A stretch of DNA of 63,106 nt, counting the filler, from Reticulomyxa filosa (Eukaryota > Protista > Foraminifera), in NCBI GenBank assembly GCA_000512085.1. It is 15 parts of 15 records of this genome, joined end to end, with 100 filler letters (N's around TTAATTAATTAA, not from the genome) between each part and the next. Parts side by side here need not be neighbours in the genome. Positions count along the whole stretch, not along the records: positions 50,942 to 57,922 come from ASPP01020235.1; positions 58,023 to 63,106 come from ASPP01035797.1; 13 more parts are not named here. One strand, given 5' to 3'. Numbering within the stretch: the first letter of the stretch is position 1; every line of letters starts with the position of its first letter. The translations under genes were made by a program, and so were the position numbers. Under the pieces are notes generated by a model. It had not been told where the DNA came from, made no database searches, and worked only from the letters and a program-made list of their open reading frames with translations. Positions 54,615-63,106 of this stretch are shown piece after piece.

Positions 54615-55836
54615 TTTGTAATTTTTATTAATTTTTTACAAACGGACCTCCACTGTAAAGAGTCCACAGTTACTAAAAAAATCTAGAGTAAGACTGTTTA
54701 TCAGAGAAAGAGCGAAGCAATAACATTAATTTATATCATAACTTGCAATATCACATTTTATTGCAATAAATAAAAATACATATGATGTAAAAATTATCAT
54801 TCCAAAAGTTTCCCAAAAAGGGCCTAGTCCGGTTTTTTTATTTTTTTATTTGTCATCATCTAGTTGCTTTCACTATTTTCGAAGAGTATTCTGTCATTTT
54901 TTTAACTCTTTGCAAGTAAATGCAATATCATGTGCCAAACTAGTTGAAACGAACTAAAATACTTACTTGTAATAATATAATTTTTGAACTTTTTTGACAA
55001 TTTCTTTTTTGTTTCAAAATATAAATTTGTTAACCAAAAGTTCTTTGTTACAATGTACGCACAATTAAATAAGTGTATATTTTCTGACTAATATTTGTTT
55101 TTTAATGATAGTGAATATGGTCAAATAAATGCTTTCAAGTCAGTATATGTAATTTTCACAGTTCAAGATGAAACTCTAGCAAGTTTTATGTTCGAATTAT
55201 TTTCATTACAGTCAAATTTTAAAGTAATTAGTTTTCACATTCTCATTTAGTTTCATAACTGCGATGTTTGAACAAATGCATGGTCATTTTCGTGTTATTT
55301 TCAATGTTTTTGTGAAGCACATTGCTGAATCGTGGTAATGTGCTATCACGGAGATATTCGTTGTTTGCAATGACTATTTTCTATATCATGTGAAGCTGAG
55401 GAAAAGAACAGTTGAAGCTAATCCGCGTATCATATGGTTATCGTGCATTGTCTTATCTCGTTTTTGTCTCGATATCAACATCAAAAATTGCCAACTTTGC
55501 TTCACATAAGAATATGGAACTTGTTTGTGATATTAGTTGAAAATTTTTTAAAAAATACCTCGTCACTTTACAGTCAATTGACTTTTTTAAATTGAGAGTT
55601 TTAAATACTTCAAAAAACAAAAACAAAACAAACATTGACGCTCAATTGTAATAAGCTCCTTTTGTTTTTTTTTTTTGAGAGGGTGAGGGTGTTGCTTATG
55701 ATCAGTTTGTTCACTGTTTTGATGGCTGTTGTGCCTGCATTTCTTCGGCGGTGACCGGCGCATGAACCTATCATATGTTGCCAACAAACCAAAGGTGTAA
55801 ATGGAAGCGATTGATGTATTATAAGAGCAGTGCAAA

Positions 55837-56621
55837 CTAAGCTGACTCAGCAATGTCAAACCAATCATTTACTGAATGCATAGGCATCGAATGGTCCCCC
55901 GGTTTAAGCGACCATATCGTTATTTGATCAAATGTGCACGTGGTCTAATGTTGTTTGATTGGTCCACATGTGTATAACAGAATGCAGGTCCCTTGTCCCA
56001 AAAAAAAAAGTGTACATCATATGCATACATATGTATATATAAACACAAAACTTTCCAACGTGCTTGGGGCCCCTTTGTCATAGCAAAAGCCTCATGTGGT
56101 CTTTCCAAACAGTATCCTAAATATAGTGAAATGTTCAACGTATGTCACGCCATCAATTACGTTTGGCATCATTAATAAGAGGGGTTATTATTGCATTGCA
56201 AAAAAAAAAAAACAAATTTTGTCACCTTTAACATCTTTAGCAAATTTTTGTACATGTCCGTACATTGCCCGCCCTCGGAAATATACTCTATCTTCGTCAT
56301 TCATATCTATTTAATTATGTTTTCATTTCCATTTTTTTATTTTATTTAAATTGTTAAAAAAACGCTACTAGAAAAAAAAAAGCGGATGCTCGAAACAAAC
56401 AAAAGAAAGGCTTTTTTGAACAATTTAGAACATTGCTTTTGCTCAATTTGTGGAATGAAATCTCCTTCAACTCCAAATTTATTTTCAAAAGAGCTTTTGT
56501 CACCGCCAGGACGAATAACAAAAAACTCTGAAACATGAGCTGGCCCATCATACTTCAATTTGCAAGGCAAAGAATGAACTGTCGTTTGCTGAGCATTTTT
56601 TTTCAATTCAATGTCACTCAT
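55837..56621 (-). CDS. RNASEH2C: Ribonuclease H2 subunit C, multi-exon
   Basis: VHSLPCKLKYDGPAHVSEFF, YFRGRAMYG, FDQITIW..DWFDIAES. Confidence 0.85.
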
Positions 56622-56988
56622 ATTTCTTTGGCGTGTATCTAAAAAAATTCCTTGAGGAAACACAAAAGTTGAGTTTTTTTTAAGTAAAGAGGAAAAAAAT
56701 AGGACAGCTAAAGCAAAAGTACGGGAAAAAAAAGTTTATCCTTTTTTTGCATACAATAGTAAGACTTAAAAAAAATATAAATTACCTCCAGAAAGAATGG
56801 CATTGTCAGAGCCAAAAACAAAAACAAATTGGAAAGAGCAGATTTTATTTTTTAAAAATAAGTTATATCCGTTTTGATTGACATCATTTTGAAACTCTTC
56901 TGCACCGTTTTTTGGTTTTCCAGAAAGCAGCTGTAGTTTTGTTTAAAGGGAGTAAGAAACAAAAAAAGAAATAAGAAAAACAAATTTC

Positions 56989-57922
56989 ATGACAGAAATA
57001 AGTACGATTCCGAATAAATATCAAAATAGCTCCTCATCTTCGCAATCAAAGACAGATTGCGATCTTGACGATAGCTCCGAAGATGAATTAGTGGGGACTC
57101 ACAGTCGTTGGCGTTCGCATGCAACGATTCGAGCCAACGAAGTTGACAAAAGAGATGAAACGAGTGACGCAACACAGAGTTTTCACGAATCGGAGGAATT
57201 GGACAAAAACAAGAAAAGTGAGAAGGACAGCAGTAATAAGCAAGTGAAAACCGTGAAAGAAGCAATGGAGCAGATCCATATGATCATCGGAAGTGAACAA
57301 GAAAAAGGAGGAAAGCTATATCAAGAGGACTCCATGAGCACGTTTTGCTCACCAGATCTGTCTGTCATTATGGCTTCTATTTTTGATGGACATGGTGGTT
57401 TGAACGGGCAATTGGCCTCCTCGATTTCCGCAAAAATGACAAAAGAATATTTCGAACAAGTTTTTTTTTTTTAAATTATTTTGCTCCTTCGTCTCCCCCC
57501 CCCCTCAAGCCTTTGTTTCAATTTTTTTTTTGGTTCACGGTTCCCCCTTTTTATCACATCACTTGAGAGCTTGTTTTGGCCAATAGAATTGGCAACGAGT
57601 GCGCACATGGACTGAAGAAGAATGGAAGAAAAAAATGACGCTTTGGTTTGATGAACTGCACACCTCTATTCGAAATAGCTTTGTCGAAGTTCACTCCCCC
57701 TTTTTTTATTAAAAAAAAACAAAAAAAAAAAAAAAGTAAAGAAAGTGATAACAAAAAAAAAAAAAAAAGACTGAGAGATTATGTCGACGGAAGAATAAAC
57801 AAAATGAAGATGACATTGTCGATAGTAAAGGAATTGTTCGGAAGTCTTCTGGCTTGCCTATTCATGGAGGAACTACAGGTAATCGCATATACACATGATT
57901 GCATGCACTATGTGTTTGCAAC
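56989..57922 (+). CDS. PP2C/PPM family phosphatase, 3' partial
   Basis: QED.., SIFDGHGG motif, later HGGTT exon. Confidence 0.82.
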
Positions 57923-58529
57923 NNNNNNNNNNNNNNNNNNNNNNNNNNNNNNNNNNNNNNNNNNNNTTAATTAATTAANNNNNNNNNNNNNNNNNNNNNN
58001 NNNNNNNNNNNNNNNNNNNNNNGTTTCAAAAATATTTATTTATATTTTTTCACATTATGTTTCGAATTTGTTACAAATTTCTTCAGTGGTATTAAATGTC
58101 CTTTTTTGTGAATCATTGTCTTTACTATCCACCAAAAATTTTCAATTAGATTTAAATCAGGTGAATTTGCAGTAATTCATTTTTTTCATTTTTTTTTGTT
58201 TTAACTATTTCATAATTTTTTCCGATTTATGGCATGTTGTATTATCTTGCTGAAAATCAATTTCTGTTTAAAAAATAAAGATAATTGGACGCTATTTAAA
58301 TTTCGTCATATAAAACTTCGTTATATATCAGTATTTACTCAACCTTCCACCTTGCAAGCGTAATCTATTCTTAATGCTCCAAAACATGACCAGACTAAAA
58401 TGCTTCCACCAACAAATTTTGTTCTTCTTGTTATGGAATTTTCATCTAATTGTTGTCAATCAATATTTCGACAACAAAATAAGCGAAATAACAAAAATCA
58501 ATATCGAACACCTAAAAAAAAAAAAGGTA

Positions 58530-60701
58530 AATCTTAAGAATTGTTTAATACAAAACGAGCCATTCATAGTTTAATGTGATGAGTCTGACATCGCTATGGG
58601 AGCTGCATTACTACAAATTCAGGAAGGAAAACTTGTTCCAATCGAATTTGCATCAAAGAAATTCGACAAGCATCAGTTAAACTAGTATAAATCAGAAAAG
58701 TAGTTATATTCGGTTATTTATGCAGTTCAAAAGTGAAGTCACTATTTATTACTACGTAAATTCACTGTATATACAGATCATAAAAATTTGATGTCACTAT
58801 TCGAAGTACGTAATAAATAAGTAAATAATGGATTATCTAATTGGGCACTATTGTTAAGTGAATTTTCATTCGAAGCAAATTATTTTCCATGTTCATCTAA
58901 TGTTATTGCAGACTTCTGATTTCGCCAATACATCAGGATTACGCGATAAGGACATTTATTGGTCGTTAATCGCTATCAAAATCAAATAATAAAACAAAAT
59001 ACAAAGAAAGTGATCTTAACGATATTCCAAGCTAAATCGAAAAAGCATTTGCACTATCACGTGAAATAAGATATTTCGACCAATTATTCGACGTAAAAAG
59101 CTTTCTAGATGCTCAGGAACACGACAATGAAATAAAAAACATAAAAAGAAAACTAACAGAAGTAAAAAACGATAATATAGACCTTCTTGCGAGTTGGCAG
59201 TCATTATTTAATAAGAAGGAGCTGTCAATAGACAAACGAAATTTACTAACAGTCAAAGTGGTAGTACCTGTTATGTCGAAGCATGATATACTTGCACCTT
59301 AATTAAAGAAAGATTACACTGTACATGAATGGACAAAGACGCGAAAAAATTTTGCGAAGAATGTTTCACCTGCCAAGTAACAAAAGGAAGATTCGATCCA
59401 AAGTCTGGATAGATCCAACATTTCTCGGCAACAAGACCATTCCAAATTGTGGCTATGGACATAGTGGACCATTACCTGAAACAGACGATAGTTATCGGTT
59501 CGTTATGATCGCTTCACGAGATATGTTGCAGCAATTCCCTTGAAAAATCAAGCAGCCAAAGACATATCACTTACATTTGTAAATGAATGGATATTCAATC
59601 CCAGTGTCCCTGAAATAGTGTTGTCAGGTAATGGAGTACAATTTCGAGGAACATTGCAAGTTTGACAGCAGAAATTTTAGTGATGAAACAATTATTCAAG
59701 TCTACTTACTATCCACAAACTAATAGCATGTTAGATATATTTAAAAGAAAGATTGATGACCTTAGTAGTTGACAAGAATTTGGATTTGGATAATGGTGAT
59801 ACATGGAATATATTTCTACCAGCGATCGTGTCATCATAAAACATTACACCAAACCAGATGATAAAGACAAGCTCACATAAATTGGTGTATGGTACATTAT
59901 TTACATTAACTGCAGACATCAAATTGGGACAATTAGATAACAAGGCGGCTTATAAGCATGATTTACACATTCAAGAAAATTCTAAAAGCGCAATTAAGGA
60001 ATGTGCGAGATAATGCAAAAAAAGCAAAGCTGTTGTATGATATTAGACATAAAAGTTTCAAAAACAAGAATCGACATCAACATTCATTTGAAATTAGATA
60101 CAAAGTATTATTATATGTAGGTGATCAACGCACGGGAAACAAAGCAAAATTACAACTAAAGTTTGTGGGACCATACGAAATTATTGATAATCTTGGACCG
60201 GTAACAGTGAAGATTGTGTCGGAAAATAGCTTTGTAAAAGTGGTGCATGTATCAAAACTACGAAAAGTAAACATATGACAGAAAAAATGCACAATAAAAG
60301 AAAAAAAAGAAATGACGAGTCAGTGAAATCACCAATACAGCGAGACAAACTGTTCAAGCCAAGTTCGACATCGATAAGCGAACATGTTGCAACGCAACAA
60401 ACAGGAATATAAAAATCATCAGTCCAAGAAAGTTGAAGAAATCAAAAAATTTATCACCACCCCCTTTAGAGCACTTATCAGAAACCGATGAACTCGTACC
60501 GTAGTTGGAAAAAATCAATAACTTACAAAATTTTGTTTCAGTGTTGCCTCAACGATGCAAGTAGAGGGTATGTAGTGATACTACTTACGTCACAATGGAG
60601 TCAGTATGACTCCAAATATACAAATTGTTCTTTTTAATTTAATTTCAAAAACACATTCTTACTTTTCTTAAAACGTGCTTTTCCGCTCCAGGTTCTCTAC
60701 A
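58530..60701 (+). mobile_element. Decayed Ty3/gypsy LTR retrotransposon (RNase H, integrase, GPY/F, PPT, candidate 3' LTR)
   Basis: CDESDIAMGAALLQ..IEFASKK, FTVYTDHKNL, WALLLSEF..NVIAD, PFQIVAMD, NGVQF, YYPQTN, KLQLKFVGPY; RNase H precedes integrase; many stops and frameshifts. Confidence 0.9.
60571..60701 (+). repeat. Candidate 3' LTR (TGTAG...CTACA)
   Basis: Follows purine-rich AAGTAGAGGGTA; 5-bp terminal inverted repeat. Confidence 0.5.
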
Positions 60702-61958
60702 ACAGTTAGAAGAACACATTGTCCCAAAAGGAACATATTGCTCAAAAGAAAAACAAAGGAAAAGATCAACGAAAAGTCGTCAAGCTCATAATCGACAATA
60801 ACATAAAAAATTTTGATTAAAATTCAAAATATAAAAAAAATAAATCAAATATCAAATGTTGTAATTAGTTGTTGTGAAAACAATTTTGGCTATTTAATGT
60901 TAATAGCAGTGGGTACTATTTGAGCGATTATAAGCTGAATTATCTTATCAATTGTTGAATATAATGAAATATTGGCACAATATGCAAATCAAAGTAAACA
61001 AAAAAAATAAATTAACAATTATCATTACCAAAGAAAGTATGTTAATGCTGACACATGGCTTATTTAGTAGCAAAGTGGATCAATTTTTATTGCTGTTTCG
61101 ATTGGTATATTGTAGATTTATTGCGTTACTGAATATCTAAATATGCTATATATGAAATTTTCAACTAGTATTAACTTTTTTTATCTACTACACAAAAAAT
61201 TTACTTGTAAAAAAAATTGATGCTAGTACTTTGGAAAATTTTTAAATACATTTGTGATCGCTTTTGCTATGACATTGTTGACATGAAATCTTGAAATAAT
61301 TCCAAAATTCTTTCATGTAATTTTAGATGGCGCAGTATCTAGTATCTCGCTTTCAATCTACTCCGAAGTACAACTTTTGTTTACAAGAGTTAAAAGTCTT
61401 TGCGTTCAAATTTTGCAACGAGGTCACTGTGTAGGTTGATGTTTAGTCATCTGAGTTTGCAATTATTACATGATTATGTCAAAATATAATATAAAATGTA
61501 TTAAGTTGCAGTAATCAGTATTTCCAATTTATTCTAATTAAAACTCTTTTTTTTTTGGCAAGACTTGATTTTAAAAAGCTAATTCATTTCTCTTTCGAAT
61601 TGTCCTTATACTTTGTTTTTGTTTTTAAAAATTAGTTCAATCGACATTTCTAGTATTTTATTGATCTGCATGAAATCGTCTGAAATTGACGCTTTTTCAA
61701 TATGCGAAAACTGTCAAACACGATTGATGGAAAACTAAACAAACTTTGAAGCAAAAATTGATTAAATTTTATTGTTCGCAGCGAAGCGTTTTTACAATAT
61801 TGACAAAACCTATTAACATGCGGTGGTACTTGTGTTTAAAAATTTGTTCCGAACAAGATAAGAAGAAAGCAATTTTATTGAATTAAGAAACACGGTGTGA
61901 CTCTTAGTAATATGAAAAAATTGGTTGAGTATAGTGACAATAATATGCATGTTTTTTC

Positions 61959-63106
61959 TTACAAAGGAGTGATATGCTCACTGTCAGCAAGTAAAGGCTG
62001 TGAAAAACTACGGGTTCGTCGGGATGTAATAAATTTGTGAGCGAACTGTGGCATATGAGAAATGTACATACAAACGAAGGCCAAATCAATGAAAAGAAAC
62101 CCACCACAAAGCAAATAAGAGCACGCCTTAGCGGACGCAAACATGGAATCGTTTCCAATAAGTAATAAAATCCAGATAATTTGTTGCGAAATAAAAGCTA
62201 ATCCAAGAAATAGGAATGGAAAAGGTGGGCTATTGACGGAGAGGACCCAACCATGTCGTTGCACATAAGTGCATTTTTTATGGTTAGAAAGCAGGGCCAA
62301 AATGCACAATGGGATAATTAACGGGCAAAATAGGCCAATCAAAAGGGTCAGTTCCAAATTGGAGACCAAGCTGCAATACTCGACATTCAACACTTTTGGC
62401 CGAGGAGGAGGAGAAGAAGGAGGAGGAGAAGAAGAAGAAAGAGGAGAAGATAGAGGGTTGGTATTGTTGGTATTGTCAAGATTGTCAGAATTATCAGTGA
62501 TAATCCATCGCAGACAATAAATCTTTTGTATTCCTAACAAACACAATAACTTAAATTTGAACCAGACATGATTGACAAACCACACATGTACCCATGGCAT
62601 GAGAGCATTGAGTAGCATTTTGAGGATCATGACATTGCACCACTTTTCAATGAGCTCACGAATGCACTCTCCGCTTTGAAACGACTGATAGAAACCGCTT
62701 TTGCAAATGTCACTCCAATACAGCAGTGGCAGAGAAGAGTGGAACGATGTCAATCCCTCCGTTGTCGTCGATATTTGTCCATTTATGCGATCCTCGTGAA
62801 TGTACGCATGCCACTGGTACTCCACCACAATGTCTTGCGCATTTTCATCCGTACACAAAGACCAATAATTGACCCATTGCCGACCGCAATTGTTGTAAAA
62901 TACCACCGCAACGACCAATGGCACCAATATGCACACCACATTGCGCAAGGTCACAACCACGTATGCGTTCCAACGCAATAGCCTCTCCGTCCTTGCACTT
63001 GACTTGATAATGTGATCATCATTGTTGTTATTATCATTGTAGTTATTATCATTGTCGTTATTATCATCATTGTTACAACAAGAACAACAAGAACAACAAG
63101 AACAGC
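61959..63106 (-). CDS. C-terminal multi-TM region of a large membrane protein, 5' partial
   Basis: ORF of at least 339 aa with several hydrophobic helices and a Cys-containing loop; open to the window end through poly-N. Confidence 0.7.
   Translation of the reverse strand, partial: CSCCSCCSCCNNDDNNDNDNNYNDNNNNDDHIIKSSARTERLLRWNAYVVVTLRNVVCILVPLVVAVVFYNNCGRQWVNYWSLCTDENAQDIVVEYQWHAYIHEDRINGQISTTTEGLTSFHSSLPLLYWSDICKSGFYQSFQSGECIRELIEKWCNVMILKMLLNALMPWVHVWFVNHVWFKFKLLCLLGIQKIYCLRWIITDNSDNLDNTNNTNPLSSPLSSSSPPPSSPPPRPKVLNVEYCSLVSNLELTLLIGLFCPLIIPLCILALLSNHKKCTYVQRHGWVLSVNSPPFPFLFLGLAFISQQIIWILLLIGNDSMFASAKACSYLLCGGFLFIDLAFVCMYISHMPQFAHKFITSRRTRSFSQPLLADSEHITPL

Noticed and set aside
6046-58022. 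Recurrent TTAATTAATTAA flanked by Ns as a repeat, CRISPR or telomere-like system
   Set aside because: Fixed 100-nt artificial six-frame-stop spacer between contigs
58560-58920. In-frame stops as an alternative genetic code
   Set aside because: All three stop types and frameshifts co-occur, and intact genes such as PRPF6 use the standard code

Overview
This window is not one locus. It is 15 short contigs joined by 14 artificial 100-nt spacers (N44-TTAATTAATTAA-N44), so adjacency across spacers has no biological meaning. Fourteen contigs come from an AT-rich, intron-containing eukaryote. The kelch and WD40 family styles, microsatellite-filled introns and many decayed genes suggest a rhizarian or foraminiferan such as Reticulomyxa (inference). 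Recognisable genes: ATG2, a tropomodulin-type LRR protein, DDX54/DBP10, a kelch protein, PRPF6, EXOC4/Sec8, an RBR-type ligase lacking its IBR, YIPF1/2, an eIF4G-like protein, RNASEH2C and a PP2C. There is also a decayed Ty3/gypsy element and several pseudogenes. One contig (31964-33091) is plainly bacterial (CDF metal exporter plus CopC-like gene). Best leads: (1) an unusual intron architecture, with 3' splice sites often preceded by A-tracts ending in AAG, weak donors and Tn-An runs; (2) a bacterial-type class-V aminotransferase with spliceosomal introns; (3) a secreted three-repeat Cys-rich protein; (4) the IBR-less RBR ligase; (5) a very short candidate LTR; (6) a decayed ~2-kb tandem array. 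All homology calls are from remembered motifs; no searches were run.
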